Source of the DNA: an uncultured Fimbriimonadales bacterium
GTDB lineage: Bacteria > Armatimonadota > Fimbriimonadia > Fimbriimonadales > ATM1
Direction: 5' to 3'
NCBI GenBank assembly: GCA_964631245.1
Contig: CAZVXY010000005.1
Coordinates: forward strand, 105,497 to 169,496
DNA: 64,000 nt
Both the position numbers and the translations under genes were made by a program. Below, piece by piece: positions 1-15,122 of this stretch. The notes beneath the pieces were generated by a model. That model was not told the DNA's origin, made no database searches, and worked only from the letters and a program-made list of their open reading frames with translations. Positions within the stretch are counted from its first letter, which is position 1. Every line of letters starts with the position of its first letter.

Positions 1-4
1 AAAA

Positions 5-688
5 GTGAAAGTGGAATGGACCCTTTCCGTGACGCGGAAAGAACCCCCCGAAGCGGAGTTTCTTGCTCTTGCCTTCCAGATCACCGACTTCGCCCTTAGC
101 CTCTGGGACCCAGAAGGGGAAACCTTTGTGAAGATGCCTTTTGGACTGGAGTCGGTCAAAGAGTTCTTCCCCGATTCGGAGATACATCTCACCCCTAACG
201 GAACCGTGAAGAAGACCACCGCTCCACGCCTGGAGTTTCCCGTGAGGCTTCCTGGGTTGCACTCCCAGCACCTCCCGGACGTGACGTTTTTACTTTTGGA
301 GTTTCCGAAAGACCCGCTGGAGAAAGGCACCGCCTGGAACTTCACCCGCCCCATTCCCGATGCTCCTCTGGAATGCCGGGCGACCTATCAGGGCGAAGAA
401 GGAGGGAAGGAACGTTTTGATGTGTCGGTGAGGCAAGTATATGTTACTTTGGAAGATGAAAGTTATAGTGTCGTGGGGAATGCCGAAGAGGCGAAGGTGA
501 AGGTGGAAACTGAATTGGCGGGGACGGGGAGGGTGGAATTTTCAGGGCAGAGGGGGGTGATTACCTATGCGGAATGGCAGGGGGAGGCACTTTCCCGGGT
601 GGTGCCTCTTGCCAGTAACGAAAGCCCTGCTACCCGAAGGCTAAAAGTTAAGAGTATAATATCTCTGCGTCAGGAAAAGTCTCCTTGA
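5..688 (+). CDS. hypothetical protein, paralog of the following ORF; may be 5'-truncated by the window edge
   Basis: 227-aa ORF whose frame is open back to base 2. Shares the motif block LPGL...LLEFPKDPLEKGTAWNF with ORF 716-1612 (LPGL...FVEFPEKEINIGDTWDV). I recognise no known family. Confidence 0.5.
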   Translation: MKVEWTLSVTRKEPPEAEFLALAFQITDFALSLWDPEGETFVKMPFGLESVKEFFPDSEIHLTPNGTVKKTTAPRLEFPVRLPGLHSQHLPDVTFLLLEFPKDPLEKGTAWNFTRPIPDAPLECRATYQGEEGGKERFDVSVRQVYVTLEDESYSVVGNAEEAKVKVETELAGTGRVEFSGQRGVITYAEWQGEALSRVVPLASNESPATRRLKVKSIISLRQEKSP

Positions 689-715
689 TGCAAGGACCAC
701 TCAGGAGGTAGAGAG

Positions 716-1612
716 ATGTTTCAATCTTTGCTCTGGCTCGGAACTGCAGGATTAATCGTCACGTCTTTTTCCCCTTCGGGCATTCTGCTTCGGCGAAAAC
801 TCCAGGAGGGGCAAAAGGATGTGTATCGTGTAGAGATGCGCGCTCAGCAGAATGCTACTTTTGAAGGGGGCGTAGCCGCGGGGGTGCCTTACGATTTGTC
901 CATTGATGCGGGCACCTCAGTGAAGGTGAGCGTTATAATGGGGAAGTTATCCGACGATAAGAAGGTGGCTGACCTGGAGATGGAATTTGCGGACTTCCAG
1001 GGCACTTTGGAGGTTATGGGACAGGTTCAGGAGTTACCAGCAGAAGTTATGAATATGAATCAGAAGATTACGGGGCGGTTAGATGAGCGCAATCGCTTGA
1101 GCGTGACGGGCTTACCGGGACTACCTCCTCAATTGGCGGGCTTTGTAAGTTCCTTTGGGATGAACTCTAATCTCAGTTCGTTCCTTTTTGTGGAATTTCC
1201 TGAAAAAGAGATTAACATCGGCGATACCTGGGACGTGAAAATCCCTGCAACTCCTTTCACAGGGAATAAAGAAGTGATTCTCAAAGCGCGCCTTGTGGGA
1301 GAGAGGGAGGAAGCCAACAAGCCTGTTTATGAGATCTCCATAGAAGGGATCATCCCTGTCAATCTGGATTTAAAGCAATTTGCCTCTGCGTTCCCGATGT
1401 TTCAGGCTCAAGGAATGGATCTCAAAATGCTGATGACGGGCACCATCAAAATGGAGGTGAACGCTCTGGTGGAGAAAGAATCGGGACGGACTCTTTTTTT
1501 GAAAAACACGACCACGAATGACCAGGCGATAGAGTTCCCCGATGCCGGGTTCAAGATGTTGGCGAAGGGCACTGTCCTGACGGTGACACGCCTTCTGCAG
1601 GACGGGTCGTAG
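716..1612 (+). CDS. hypothetical secreted or membrane-anchored protein (paralog family)
   Basis: 298 aa. GGAGG sits 6 nt upstream of the ATG. Hydrophobic N-terminus LLWLGTAGLIVTSF. Shares motifs with ORF 5-688. Confidence 0.6.
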   Translation: MFQSLLWLGTAGLIVTSFSPSGILLRRKLQEGQKDVYRVEMRAQQNATFEGGVAAGVPYDLSIDAGTSVKVSVIMGKLSDDKKVADLEMEFADFQGTLEVMGQVQELPAEVMNMNQKITGRLDERNRLSVTGLPGLPPQLAGFVSSFGMNSNLSSFLFVEFPEKEINIGDTWDVKIPATPFTGNKEVILKARLVGEREEANKPVYEISIEGIIPVNLDLKQFASAFPMFQAQGMDLKMLMTGTIKMEVNALVEKESGRTLFLKNTTTNDQAIEFPDAGFKMLAKGTVLTVTRLLQDGS

Positions 1613-1636
1613 GGGGAATCTCCCCTTCGGGAGAGG

Positions 1637-2431
1637 ATGCTCGGAGTTTTTGTTGCCTGCCTTGCCCTCCAGGGGTTTGATATTGGCTTTCCCCTGAAGG
1701 AAGAGACCCTCCTTTATGAGTTCCGAGGGGGAGTCCTTGGCACTTATTATGGGGGCATTGATGCTCCTGTCCTTCGCGAGGCAAGGATATCCGGCACCCT
1801 TCGTATAAGGATTTACCGTCAAGGGGAGCAGTGGCTTGTGGAGGGTTCGTTGGCGGATGCCAGGGTGGAGGAAGGAGGGAAGCCCGCTTCTGCCTCGGTG
1901 GTGAATTCTGCTGTCGGAGGGGTTTGGAGGGGTGCCCTGTTTCAGTCTGATTGGAGATTTTTTGTGGAGGGACGGGAGCGTTTGCCCTCTGCTTTGGGCT
2001 CGCCCTGGTTCCCTCTGGTTTGGGCGCCCTTTCGCCCGGATGGCAGGGTGAAAGTTCAGGACGCCGTCACTTTTTTCAGGAGCCTCCCCTTGCAGGCATT
2101 CCTGGAGGACGACCCTATTGGCTCCCTTGAGGTGCCAGTCACGCTCCGCTTTGTGGGTTTAGAGCGTCGGGAGGGCATACCGGTATATAAGTTTCATTAT
2201 GATACGGTGCACACTATTCGGCAACCGGTTATGCATCCCGAGGACCCTGCCCTCACCCTGCGGGGGGAGATTTCCCTCAAGGGGGATTTGATGCTTGCTC
2301 GTTCGGATGCTCGTCTGGAGCACGCCTTCCTTCTCTGGCGATTGGATTTGACCCTGGAAGGGGCGGGGTATCCCTTCGGTTTTTCGCGCTGTCGGGCGTC
2401 GGTCTCGTCCGTACTGGAGCGAATGCGGTAA
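1637..2431 (+). CDS. hypothetical protein with a hydrophobic N-terminus, possibly a distant third paralog
   Basis: 264 aa, tightly spaced after the previous ORF. N-terminus MLGVFVACLALQGF. The segment LRFVGLERREGIPVYKFHYD resembles ARLVGEREEANKPVYEISIE of ORF 716-1612. Confidence 0.55.
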   Translation: MLGVFVACLALQGFDIGFPLKEETLLYEFRGGVLGTYYGGIDAPVLREARISGTLRIRIYRQGEQWLVEGSLADARVEEGGKPASASVVNSAVGGVWRGALFQSDWRFFVEGRERLPSALGSPWFPLVWAPFRPDGRVKVQDAVTFFRSLPLQAFLEDDPIGSLEVPVTLRFVGLERREGIPVYKFHYDTVHTIRQPVMHPEDPALTLRGEISLKGDLMLARSDARLEHAFLLWRLDLTLEGAGYPFGFSRCRASVSSVLERMR

Positions 2432-5382
<2,951 letters not shown>

Positions 5383-6261
5383 GTGCTTCTATCCTTGCTG
5401 GGTTTGCTTTCTTGTTCTTGGGCGCTTCAAGAGCCTGTTTACCTCGCCGATCTTCGGGTTAGAGAAAGCAGTGGGGTGGCTGTGTCACGAAGGTATCCCG
5501 ATGTATATTGGACCCATAACGACAGCGGGGATGGACCCAACCTCTATGCGTTTGATGGCTCAGGTCGGGCGCTTGGGTTCTTCACGTTGAAGGGGGTGCA
5601 AGCCCTGGATTGGGAAGATATGGCAATAGGGGAGCATAACGGCAGGTCTTTCCTTTATGTGGGGGACATTGGCGATAACTTGCGTTTGCGGAAGGAGATA
5701 AGGGTTTACCGTTTGGAGGAGCCTCGCTTATCCCGGGTTTCCCGGGAGATTGGGGAGTATGTCACTTATCGCTTTCGTTATCCTGATGGTCCTCACGATG
5801 CGGAGACCCTTTTGGTAACGCCCCAGGGGAGCATAGAGATAGTTACCAAAACGGTGGACGGGAAGGCACGCCTTTATCATTGTGACCATCCGAAGGAGGG
5901 AAGTGTTCTTTCTTTGAAATATGGGGGAGAAGTTTTCCTTCCGGGGACGCCCGGGAGCCTTACTGCCATTACGGGGGGAGATAGGAGTCCCGATGGCAGA
6001 TGGGTGGTCCTTCGCACCTACGAGCGAGCCTATCTCTATTCCGCAGGTTCCGGGAAATGGTGGCAATCCCGTCCGGTTGAAATATCTCTTCCCCAGAAGC
6101 CCGGGGGAGAGGGGATCGCGTTTGATGCCTGGAGGCGTCGTTTAGTTCTCACGCACGAAGGAGTTCCCTGCGCGGTATATTTTGTTGAGCTACCGGAAGG
6201 AAAGTTCAGAGGGCTTGGGGAATCACCCAGCGGGTTCTTCGTCAGGGAATTCGTGCCCTAA
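5383..6261 (+). CDS. hypothetical secreted protein (beta-propeller-like; family not firmly recognised)
   Basis: 292 aa with signal-like N-terminus [14 protein letters not shown]. Motifs ESSGVAV...[16 protein letters not shown]...DWEDMA...LYVGDIGDN. Its 3' end overlaps the rpoC 3' end convergently. Confidence 0.6.
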   Translation: MLLSLLGLLSCSWALQEPVYLADLRVRESSGVAVSRRYPDVYWTHNDSGDGPNLYAFDGSGRALGFFTLKGVQALDWEDMAIGEHNGRSFLYVGDIGDNLRLRKEIRVYRLEEPRLSRVSREIGEYVTYRFRYPDGPHDAETLLVTPQGSIEIVTKTVDGKARLYHCDHPKEGSVLSLKYGGEVFLPGTPGSLTAITGGDRSPDGRWVVLRTYERAYLYSAGSGKWWQSRPVEISLPQKPGGEGIAFDAWRRRLVLTHEGVPCAVYFVELPEGKFRGLGESPSGFFVREFVP

Positions 6262-9200
6262 TTCGCGAGCCAGTGAGCGGATGTCCCCCACGCTTTCTTC
6301 ATCCACAAGCTCTTCGGGTTGTTCCTCTACTTGCGTTTCATCCAGGGTTGCGAGTGCGGAGAGGGTTTTAGTAGCCCAGATGGGTTCGCGAGTGGTCTTG
6401 ACTTCAATATTCCGGTTGCCGGGGAACCCGGTTCCTGCGGGAATCAGCCTTCCGATGATGACGTTTTCTTTGAGGCCTACGAGTTCGTCAACCTTGCCAC
6501 GGACTGCCGCCTCGGTGAGCACCCGAACGGTCTTCTGGGCGGATGCGGCGGAGAGGAAGGACTCCGTGGAGAGGGCTGCCTCGGTGATGCCTTGAATGAC
6601 GGGCACCGCTTCTGCAAACTGGGGATTTCTCGTTTTTTCTTTTTCCTTTCCTGTTGCAGGGTCGGTGTGTTTCTCCCGGATTTTTTCTCCCCGTTCCAGC
6701 ATTTGGCGTATTCGGTCGTTTTCCTTTCGGAACTCAAAGCGGTCAATCACCTGTCCTGGCAGGAAGCGAGTGTCTCCACCATCTATAATGCGCACCTTGC
6801 GCAGCATTTGCCGGCAGATGATTTCTAAGTGGCGGTCGTTGATGCTCACCCCGTTAGCCTTATAGAGGGCTTGGAGTTCTTTGATCATATATTCTTGAAC
6901 CGCATGCGTTCCGCGGTACTCCAGCAGGGTGGCGAGGTCCAGCGGTCCCTGCGTAAGCGGGTCTCCCGCTTTGACGTGGTCCCCTTCCTTCACGAGGAGG
7001 ATACGGCGCTTGGGAAGGAGGATGACATCCAGCACAGGTGCCTTTTTCACTCCTGAGCGCGCCAGTTTGTCTGCCAGCGTTTTGGTGATGGTGCTTCCTG
7101 CCGGGACAATCACCGTTCCCGTTTTGGGGTTCAGGATGTCCTCTGCAGCGGTAAGTCCTCGTATCTCTTCGTTTTTAGTTTCCAGTTCCGTTTTGATGAC
7201 CACCCACCTTCCCAATTGCCCGCTTTCAATCTTGACGATTTTCCCTTCAAACCGACTGACGACTGCCTCGCCCTTTGGAGCACGGCGGGCTTCCAGAAGG
7301 CGCTCCACAAAGGGAATGCCAACATAGTGGTAGAAGGAGTGCTCCACCAGGGTTCTGGCGAATTGTTTGTTTTGGAGTTTAGAGGTGCCCGTCCCCACAT
7401 AGGCGGGGGGCTCTTCGGCTTCGTCGGTTTCGGGAATGTAAGGGCGTGCGCTGGGGTCCAGGGAGGCTTTGCCGGCAACCGCGCTAATCACCGCCTGCTG
7501 TTCTCCCACAAAGTCGGGCAGTTGGTGTGCCGGCAGTTGTGCCATCTGGAGGTCCGCTTTCAATTCTTCGTGGAGCGACCCGTACATTCGCCCTGCCTGG
7601 TTATATCCTGTGAGAACGGAACCCGTGGCAATTCCGCCGTGGTGGAACGTGCGCATTGTGAGCTGGGAGAGGGGTTCTGACATCGTTTCAGCAGCAATGA
7701 CGCCTACCGCTGTGCCCACTTCCACAAGGCGGTTGAGAGCCAGGTCCCAGCCATAGCATTTGGCGCAGATCCCTCTCTCCAGTTCGCACGTGAGAGGGCT
7801 TCGGATTTGGACACGGAGTTCCTGGTGTTCGCCAATTTTGAATCCGCATTTCACCAGGTGAGCCGTTAGTTCCGCAAGGGCGGTCTCCCGTTCTCCCTCG
7901 GGTAAAGTCCGGGCAGAGCGGAGTCTCTTCTCATATTCTGCTTCAATCTCGTCTAATCTCTCTGCAAGTTTATCGTCTATGACTTCGTTCGCTTGGATCA
8001 GGGTGGGTTCTCCGGGGGAGAAGGGGTCTTTCAGAGTTTCTCCGGACGTGCGCCCACGCACCCGCTCGCTCAATTTCTCAATGACATCTCCCTCGTATAG
8101 GATTTTGGCAATGGGCGTTCCGCTTGTGGTTCCGCAGTCTTCGGCTTTGATGACGACGTCGTGGGCAACATCCACCAGCCTGCGAGCGATGAAGCCCGAA
8201 TATCCCATTAGCAGGGCGGTATCCGTGACTCCTTTTCGCGTTCCATACATAGAGACGAAATATTCCATCACGCGCGAGCCGGCAAAGAGTCCGTTTCCGC
8301 CCACTACGTCTGTGATGGGTTGGTTGAAGTTATTGCGGAACATTCCGCGGGTCGCCATAAGTTGGACTAATTGTTCCCGCGAGCCTCGGGCTCCGCTTTC
8401 CACCATCATTCGCAGGGGGTTGAATTGTCCCATTTTCTGGATGATGCTGTCGCTGAGTCGGCTAAAGGTATCACTCCATATTCTCAAGAGGTGGCGGTCT
8501 CGTTCGTTGCGTGCAATCAAGCCTCGGTCGTAGTTATGGCGGACGCTCCTGGCTTCTTTTTTGGCTTCATTGATTTGAGAATCAATCAAATCCAGAAGTT
8601 CGGAATAAGCGGGCATAGGCTCCAGCGTGGCCCGGGAAGGTTTGGTTTGCCCGTTCTTTTGGGTGGCGCCATTCTGGAAGTCCCGGTAGTAAAGCTCCAC
8701 CAGACGTGGCAGGTCGGATACGGGTGCCTTCTGGGGGTCCACGTCGGAGAGGGCGATAGTGAAACCGAGCCTCGTTGCCCACTCAAAGCCCAGGTCTTTC
8801 AATCGGTCCATTAATTCCACGGTTGTTTGGGTATCGGTTTTTTCTTTGCAAGCGCGAATGAGGTCGGTCAGGTTCTTCTTTTTCATTTCCACTCCGATCC
8901 ACTCGTCGCTGTAGCGGAGGGGCTCGGGGAGTATTTCGTGGAAGATCATCTGCCCGGGGGTCATCTCGCGAATAACGGTTTCATATTGTCGGGTTCCGTC
9001 TTCGTTGAGGGTCTCGGTGGCGCGTTGGAGGCGCACCCTAACGGGATAGTGGATAGGGATGCGCACGGCGGGGTCGGGATGGAGCGCCAGGGAAATGGCT
9101 TCATCAGGCGAGGCAAAGGTTCGCGGAGGGGGATGGTGGATGGGGTCTGCTTCAAAAGCGCGGATTTGTTGTTCCAGTTGTTTTTTCCCTGCTTCGCTGA

Positions 9201-10998
9201 CGAGGGTAAGCCCGTAGAGCCCTAAGACGATGTCCTGCATAGGAGTCATCGTGGGTTGTCCATTCGCAGGGCTGAACAGGTTGTTGGTGGAGAGCATCAG
9301 CACTCGCGCTTCTGCCTGGGCAGCTGCGGAAAGGGGAACGTGCACCGCCATCTGGTCTCCATCAAAGTCTGCATTGTAGGGGGGGCAGACCATAGGATGG
9401 ATTTGAATGGCTTTTCCATCCACCAGGACGGGTTCAAACGCCTGAATCCCAAACCGATGCAAGGTGGGAGCGCGGTTGAGGAGCACGGGATGGTCTTTGA
9501 TTGCCTCTTCTAAGGCATCCCAGACTAACGGGTGCACCTGGTCTACCAGTTTTTTGGCGGTTTTGAGGTTTTGCGTGATTTTCCGCTGGACCAGGACTTT
9601 CATCACATAGGGCTTGAAGAGTTCCAATGCCATCTCTTTGGGGAGTCCGCATTGGTGGAGTTTCAGGTGGGGTCCTACCACGATCACGGCGCGCCCGGAA
9701 TAGTCCACCCTTTTTCCGAGCAGGTTTTTGCGGAAGCGTCCCTCTTTTCCTTTGAGCATATCCGAGAGGGATTTGAGGGGGCGATTGTTACTGCCCATTA
9801 CGGGTCTGCTTCGCCTGCCGTTATCAATGAGGGCATCCACGGATTCTTGCAGGAGGCGTTTTTCGTGGTTGACGATAGATTCGGGTGCCCGTATTTCCAT
9901 AATTTTCTTCAGGCGGTTGTTTCTGTTGAGGATTCGCCGATAGAGGTCGTTCAGGTCCGAGGTGGCAAAGCGTCCACCGTCTAATTGGACCATAGGGCGC
10001 AGTTCGGGGGAGATGACGGGCAGGACATCCAGCACCATCCATTCGGGTCGCGCTTTGGATTCTTTGAGGGCTTCAAAGATTTCCAGGCGCTTGATGGCGC
10101 GAGCCCTTCGCTGTCCGGTAGAGGTTTTCACTTCCTCCCGAAGTTGTTGAATGGACTCATCCAGGTTCACACGGCTCAGGAGTTCTTTCACGGCTGAGGC
10201 GCCGATACTGGCATTGAGCATAGAGCGATAGGGCTTTCCGGTTCGTCGGCTCACCGCTTGCAGTAAGCGGTCCACCGCTCGGTATTTATCCTCTTCCACC
10301 AATTGATACCGTTCCAGGGTAAAGAGGAGTTCTAAAGCCATATCCAGTTCGTGCAGGCGCTCCTGGGTATCGCGTTGTTCGGCACGGATGCGGTCGTGGT
10401 AGGCTTTGGTCCTCTCCCGGATGGTTGCTTCGTCGTATTCGTCTTTGTTGTCTTCCAGTTCCTGAGTTAACTCCGCCAGGATTTCCTTTTCTAGTTGCTC
10501 CATATCCCGGGCGATTTGCTCTTTTTCTTTCTCAACTGCTTTTTCAATTTCTGCCCGACCTTTCTCTAATCCTTTTTTGTCAATATCAATGATGATGAAA
10601 CTTCCGAAATAGACCACCTTTTCCAGGTCACGGGGCGAGAGGTCCAGGATCAGGGCGATGGGAGAGGGGACGCCTTTGAGGAACCAAACGTGCACCACGG
10701 GAGCGGCAAGTTCTATATGTCCCATTCGCTCCCTGCGGATGCGCGAACGAGTTACCTCCACTCCGCATCGCTCGCAAACGATGCCTTTGTATTTCACCTT
10801 CTTGTATCGCCCACAGTGGCATTCCCAGTCTTTGATGGGACCGAAGATGCGCTCGCAGAAAAGCCCATCTCGCTCGGGTTTAAACGTGCGATAGTTTATG
10901 GTCTCAGGCTTTTTTACTTCGCCGTGCGACCACCCGAGTATGTCTTCAGGACTTGCGATACCAATTCTTATGCGTTGGAGTGCAGTGATGTCCGGCAT
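6223..10998 (-). CDS. rpoC: DNA-directed RNA polymerase subunit beta-prime
   Basis: 1591 aa. Zn site [23 protein letters not shown]. Catalytic [12 protein letters not shown]. Trigger loop TFHHGG...[10 protein letters not shown]. Immediately downstream of rpoB. Confidence 0.98.
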   Translation of the reverse strand: MPDITALQRIRIGIASPEDILGWSHGEVKKPETINYRTFKPERDGLFCERIFGPIKDWECHCGRYKKVKYKGIVCERCGVEVTRSRIRRERMGHIELAAPVVHVWFLKGVPSPIALILDLSPRDLEKVVYFGSFIIIDIDKKGLEKGRAEIEKAVEKEKEQIARDMEQLEKEILAELTQELEDNKDEYDEATIRERTKAYHDRIRAEQRDTQERLHELDMALELLFTLERYQLVEEDKYRAVDRLLQAVSRRTGKPYRSMLNASIGASAVKELLSRVNLDESIQQLREEVKTSTGQRRARAIKRLEIFEALKESKARPEWMVLDVLPVISPELRPMVQLDGGRFATSDLNDLYRRILNRNNRLKKIMEIRAPESIVNHEKRLLQESVDALIDNGRRSRPVMGSNNRPLKSLSDMLKGKEGRFRKNLLGKRVDYSGRAVIVVGPHLKLHQCGLPKEMALELFKPYVMKVLVQRKITQNLKTAKKLVDQVHPLVWDALEEAIKDHPVLLNRAPTLHRFGIQAFEPVLVDGKAIQIHPMVCPPYNADFDGDQMAVHVPLSAAAQAEARVLMLSTNNLFSPANGQPTMTPMQDIVLGLYGLTLVSEAGKKQLEQQIRAFEADPIHHPPPRTFASPDEAISLALHPDPAVRIPIHYPVRVRLQRATETLNEDGTRQYETVIREMTPGQMIFHEILPEPLRYSDEWIGVEMKKKNLTDLIRACKEKTDTQTTVELMDRLKDLGFEWATRLGFTIALSDVDPQKAPVSDLPRLVELYYRDFQNGATQKNGQTKPSRATLEPMPAYSELLDLIDSQINEAKKEARSVRHNYDRGLIARNERDRHLLRIWSDTFSRLSDSIIQKMGQFNPLRMMVESGARGSREQLVQLMATRGMFRNNFNQPITDVVGGNGLFAGSRVMEYFVSMYGTRKGVTDTALLMGYSGFIARRLVDVAHDVVIKAEDCGTTSGTPIAKILYEGDVIEKLSERVRGRTSGETLKDPFSPGEPTLIQANEVIDDKLAERLDEIEAEYEKRLRSARTLPEGERETALAELTAHLVKCGFKIGEHQELRVQIRSPLTCELERGICAKCYGWDLALNRLVEVGTAVGVIAAETMSEPLSQLTMRTFHHGGIATGSVLTGYNQAGRMYGSLHEELKADLQMAQLPAHQLPDFVGEQQAVISAVAGKASLDPSARPYIPETDEAEEPPAYVGTGTSKLQNKQFARTLVEHSFYHYVGIPFVERLLEARRAPKGEAVVSRFEGKIVKIESGQLGRWVVIKTELETKNEEIRGLTAAEDILNPKTGTVIVPAGSTITKTLADKLARSGVKKAPVLDVILLPKRRILLVKEGDHVKAGDPLTQGPLDLATLLEYRGTHAVQEYMIKELQALYKANGVSINDRHLEIICRQMLRKVRIIDGGDTRFLPGQVIDRFEFRKENDRIRQMLERGEKIREKHTDPATGKEKEKTRNPQFAEAVPVIQGITEAALSTESFLSAASAQKTVRVLTEAAVRGKVDELVGLKENVIIGRLIPAGTGFPGNRNIEVKTTREPIWATKTLSALATLDETQVEEQPEELVDEESVGDIRSLARELGHEFPDEEPAG

Positions 10999-11014
10999 AG
11001 ATTTTTCTCCTTCA

Positions 11015-14000
11015 CTACCAGAAGTATCCTATGGAACGAGCGATTTTCAGGTCTTCAGCAGAAAGACCATCGTCCAGGTCTTTCAGGTTGATTTCTTTTC
11101 CGTGCTCGTCTTCTGCCACCACATTCAGGCAGAGACTGCGCAGTTCGTTCATCAAAATCTTGAAGGCTTCGGGGATCCCTGGCTCTAACATAGGCTCCCC
11201 GCGGACCAAGCCCTCATAGGTTTTAACGCGTCCCAGCACGTCGTCCGATTTGATGGTGATGATTTCCTGAAGTGTGTGGGCAGCTCCGTACGCCTCCAGA
11301 GCCCACACCTCCATTTCTCCGAACCGTTGGCCACCGAATTGAGCCTTCCCGCCAAGGGGTTGCTGGGTGACCAGGGAATAAGGTCCAATACTGCGGGCGT
11401 GGATTTTGTCTTCCGCAAGGTGTTCCAGTTTGAACATATACAGTACGCCCACAAAAACAGGATGCTGGAAGACGTCTCCCGTGTATCCGTCTCGCAAAAG
11501 GGACTTGCCGGTCTCTTCATCAATTCCCGCGCGCACCCACACGTTCTTCTTGATGCGTTCCAGAATGGATTGATAGACCTCTTCAGGCGCCTCATAGGGT
11601 GGCTCATTTTCCACCACTTCAAAGTGAGCTTCGGGGTCCATCTGCGTTACTGAGATAACCGGCTCACCTGCGACGATTTGCGAAATCTCTTCCAAGCGGG
11701 TCTTCCCCAATTTCCGTAAAGCCTTCTCTATCTCCTCCATCATCTCGGGAACGGAAGCACCCGGGCGGAACTTGATATTCAGTTTGAGTTCGCTATTGAC
11801 GTAGGCTTGGAGAACTTCCTGGCGGGTCAATTCAGCCACTCGCTTCACTTCTCGCATCACTTCTTCGGGCGAGAGGCCCTGGAAGGCGGGGCAAATGTAT
11901 TGGATGTCCAGCTTTTTGCCCACGAGCCCCAGCATCGCTTCCAGAAGTTGCCCGTCGTTGAGGCGCGAGGGGACCCCCAGGGGGTTCAAAATGATGTCCA
12001 CGGGGGTTCCATCCATCAAGAACGGCATATCTTCTTCGGGCACAATCTTAGAAATGACCCCCTTATTCCCGTGCCGTCCTGCCATCTTATCCCCCACCAT
12101 CAGTTTCCGCTTTTGGGCAACGTGCACCTGAACCGTCATATTGGTGCCCACAGGGAGTTCGTCGCCCGGAAGCTGTTCCAATTCCCCTCCCGTCACTTCG
12201 CTAACCATCCGCTCCCTCCGCTTGGATTCGTAAAAGATGCGTCCCGTTTCTTTACACCGATACTTGAACCTGCTGAAGGTCTTTACAGATACCACCGTGC
12301 CTTGTTCGCCATGAGGCAGTTTGAGGGATGCATCGCGTCCCTCTTCGCCCTTTTGCCCAAAAATGGCGATGATAAGTTTCTCCTCGGAACTCAGTTCTTG
12401 CTGTCCTTTGGGGGCTATTTTGCCCACCAGGTAGTCCTGGGGATGCACTTCCGCACCCACCCGGATGATTCCGTTTTCGTCCAGATTTTTCAAACTTTCC
12501 TCGGACACGTTCGGGATGTCCCTTGTGATTTCTTCCGGTCCCAGTTTGGTATCCACCGCTTCCGCTTCGTAGCGTTCAATATGGATTGAGGTATAAACAT
12601 CTTCTTTTACGAGGCGTTCGCTGACCAGGATGGCGTCTTCATAGTTATATCCCCGCCACGGCATATAAGCCACGATGAGGTTCTTCCCCAGAGCCAACTG
12701 CCCATCCTGGCATGTGGGTCCATCCGCAATGGGTTGCCCCCTTAGCACCCTTTGCCCCGGACGCACCGTGGGCCTTTGCGTGAAGGAGGTGCTTTTGTTG
12801 CTTTGCATCCCATGGACTAAGGGATACGTGTCTCTTTCTCCATCTTCACGGCGGATGACAATCTCAGTCGCGGTTACTCGCTCCACGATGCCTGCATTAC
12901 GGGCAAAGACAGCACTTCCACTGTCCACCGCCACGTGAGGCTCAAAACCTGTTGCCACATACGGCTTTTCGGAGCGCAGGAGGGGCACCGCCTGCCGTTG
13001 CATATTGGCTCCCATAAGCGCCCTTGCGCCGTCATCATGGTTCAAGAAAGGAATGAGCGAAGCGGCAACGGAGAAAATAACGGGGGAAGCATCCATCAAT
13101 TCCACTTCGTGGGAAGGAACTTCTGGGAACCCTCCCCGATAACGCACTTGCACGAAGGGTTCCAGGAAGCGCCCGTTGGCATCCACCGGGGTATCTGGGG
13201 GAGCTACCTTCTGATTGTCTTCATCTCCAGCTACCAGGTAAACAATTTCGTCGGTTACTCGCCCTTCTTTCACCACACGGAAGGGGGCGTAGATAAAACC
13301 GTCTTCATCCACTTTGGCGTAAAGGGTCAACTGTTTCACCAAACCCACGTTAGGACCTTCCGGCGTTTCTATGGGACAGATTCGGCCGTATTCGCTGGGT
13401 TGCACCTCGCGCTGGGCATCCGCTACGCCCGCTTTGGTGGAGGTAGACGGGCGTTTTTCAGGCAGGGTGGAAAGACGTCGCTTATTGGAAATTTCACTCA
13501 GGGGGTTGGTTTGATCCATAAACGTGCTGAGATGGCTTGTGCTGAAGAAACTCTTAATGCTTGCCATCACAGGCTTCACGCTCAAGATGACACTGGGAAG
13601 GAGGTTTTCGTCTTCCTGGCTGGTGAGCCGTTCCCGTGCCGATTTTTCCATTCGCACCATCCCCGCCCGCATAGTGTTCAAGAGGAGTTCCCCGATGGAG
13701 CGAATTCTTTTGTTGCGAAGGTGGTCAATGTCGTCGCCTTCAATTTCTCCGTTGTAAAGGCGAGTGATCTGCCAGACCATTTCCGCCAGGTCTTCCACCG
13801 TTAGGTTACGGACGTTGAGGGGCAAATCTATGTTCAATCGCTTGTTGATTTGTCGCCTTCCCACTCGCCCCAGGTCATAGTTCCGCGGGTCAAACAGGAG
13901 CATATAGAGTTGTTGCTTGGCGTTTTCTTCGTTGGGAGTTTCTCCGGGGCGTAGCTTCTTATGGAGGTCGCGAAGGGCGCTCCGGGTATCTTTGGTGGGG

Positions 14001-15031
14001 TCTACTTCCAGCGTTGCGTCAATGAAGGGGTTAACTTCCAGGACCTCCAGTCGTTTCAACCGCTTTCCTGCGAGCCGACGCGCCGTGGGTTCGTCTATTT
14101 TCCCGAAAGCCTCAATGACTGTTTGTCCTCGCTCTTGGATGGTTTGCGTGGTGCGCTTCCCGACGAGTTCTTGCCAGGTGGGGTTGCGGAGAACGCGTCG
14201 CTTACCAAAGGCAAGCAGAAGGTCAGTGTTAGTGGAAGCAGGGGTATAGACGTGGTAGGGTCGTTCCTGGAGGTGTTTGGGAAGACTTTTCAGGAGTTTT
14301 TCCGTGATTTGCGTGTCCTTATCCGCAAGGACCTCGCCCGTATCGGGGTCAATCACGGGTTCTGCCAGCCGTCGGTGCAGGCTATCTTTTAGCGGCTTGT
14401 GAATGGGCTGGCGCGCTTCCTTGAATGCCCAAAACGCCTTCATCAGTTGGGTCAGAGGGATTTTTTTGTTCTGGTTCAGCGTCACCCAGAGTTGGAAGTT
14501 GGGCTCAAACTCTCCAATCTCCAGCCACTTCCCGTGGTTTGGCAAAATTTCACACCAGAGGGGCAAGCGGTGCATCAGAACGTGTTTCAGTTCCCAGCGG
14601 GTAGCTTGCTGGGGCTCGTCAAAGAAATACATCCCGGGGCTCCGGCTGAGTTGGGACACGATCACCCGTTCGCGCCCATTGATGATAAAGGTGCCTTTGT
14701 TCGTCATAATCGGCAGGTCACCAAAGTAAACCTCTGACTCAATGGTTTCTCCGTCTCGCTTCCGCAGGCGAACCGCGACTTTAAGGGGCGCCTCAAAGGT
14801 AACATCGCGATCCCGACACTCGTCTGCGGGATATTTCGGCTCCCCCAGGCTGAAGTCCAGAAACTCTATGTAGTTGCCGTTGGTGAAGTCATAAATGGGG
14901 GAAAAACTGTGCAGGAGCTCGGGCAGACCGTGCTCCAGAAAATAGCGATAAGAATTCAGTTGGACTTCAAGCAAATGGGGAACTTGAAGATCGCTTGGAG
15001 TCCAGGTTGAGGATTTTTTGACCTGCTTCAT
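11015..15031 (-). CDS. rpoB: DNA-directed RNA polymerase subunit beta
   Basis: [29 protein letters not shown] and [20 protein letters not shown] motifs. The ATG at 15031 is preceded by GGAGGG and is preferred over the track's TTG at 15058. Confidence 0.97.
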   Translation of the reverse strand: MKQVKKSSTWTPSDLQVPHLLEVQLNSYRYFLEHGLPELLHSFSPIYDFTNGNYIEFLDFSLGEPKYPADECRDRDVTFEAPLKVAVRLRKRDGETIESEVYFGDLPIMTNKGTFIINGRERVIVSQLSRSPGMYFFDEPQQATRWELKHVLMHRLPLWCEILPNHGKWLEIGEFEPNFQLWVTLNQNKKIPLTQLMKAFWAFKEARQPIHKPLKDSLHRRLAEPVIDPDTGEVLADKDTQITEKLLKSLPKHLQERPYHVYTPASTNTDLLLAFGKRRVLRNPTWQELVGKRTTQTIQERGQTVIEAFGKIDEPTARRLAGKRLKRLEVLEVNPFIDATLEVDPTKDTRSALRDLHKKLRPGETPNEENAKQQLYMLLFDPRNYDLGRVGRRQINKRLNIDLPLNVRNLTVEDLAEMVWQITRLYNGEIEGDDIDHLRNKRIRSIGELLLNTMRAGMVRMEKSARERLTSQEDENLLPSVILSVKPVMASIKSFFSTSHLSTFMDQTNPLSEISNKRRLSTLPEKRPSTSTKAGVADAQREVQPSEYGRICPIETPEGPNVGLVKQLTLYAKVDEDGFIYAPFRVVKEGRVTDEIVYLVAGDEDNQKVAPPDTPVDANGRFLEPFVQVRYRGGFPEVPSHEVELMDASPVIFSVAASLIPFLNHDDGARALMGANMQRQAVPLLRSEKPYVATGFEPHVAVDSGSAVFARNAGIVERVTATEIVIRREDGERDTYPLVHGMQSNKSTSFTQRPTVRPGQRVLRGQPIADGPTCQDGQLALGKNLIVAYMPWRGYNYEDAILVSERLVKEDVYTSIHIERYEAEAVDTKLGPEEITRDIPNVSEESLKNLDENGIIRVGAEVHPQDYLVGKIAPKGQQELSSEEKLIIAIFGQKGEEGRDASLKLPHGEQGTVVSVKTFSRFKYRCKETGRIFYESKRRERMVSEVTGGELEQLPGDELPVGTNMTVQVHVAQKRKLMVGDKMAGRHGNKGVISKIVPEEDMPFLMDGTPVDIILNPLGVPSRLNDGQLLEAMLGLVGKKLDIQYICPAFQGLSPEEVMREVKRVAELTRQEVLQAYVNSELKLNIKFRPGASVPEMMEEIEKALRKLGKTRLEEISQIVAGEPVISVTQMDPEAHFEVVENEPPYEAPEEVYQSILERIKKNVWVRAGIDEETGKSLLRDGYTGDVFQHPVFVGVLYMFKLEHLAEDKIHARSIGPYSLVTQQPLGGKAQFGGQRFGEMEVWALEAYGAAHTLQEIITIKSDDVLGRVKTYEGLVRGEPMLEPGIPEAFKILMNELRSLCLNVVAEDEHGKEINLKDLDDGLSAEDLKIARSIGYFW

Positions 15032-15122
15032 CCAGCCCTCCGGGCAACTGAGCAACAATTTTTAAGCATACCCTATTTCACCTATTTTGTCAAGAGGGGG
15101 CTCCCCGCAAGAACATCCACCC

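Noticed and set aside
11807-13804. Long plus-strand ORFs (260 aa at 11807-12589 and 289 aa at 12935-13804), and many shorter ones, antisense to rpoB and rpoC
   Set aside because: They lie entirely inside strongly supported, universally conserved genes on the other strand. Their translations are low-complexity (H/R/G/F-rich) with no recognisable motifs. This is the usual antisense open-frame artefact of GC-rich coding DNA.
11015-15031. Roughly 85-residue extra segment in RpoB between ICPAFQG and [11 protein letters not shown] as a novel insertion
   Set aside because: From memory, Thermus RpoB has a comparably long segment at the same position. This is a known variable region and not a distinctive feature.
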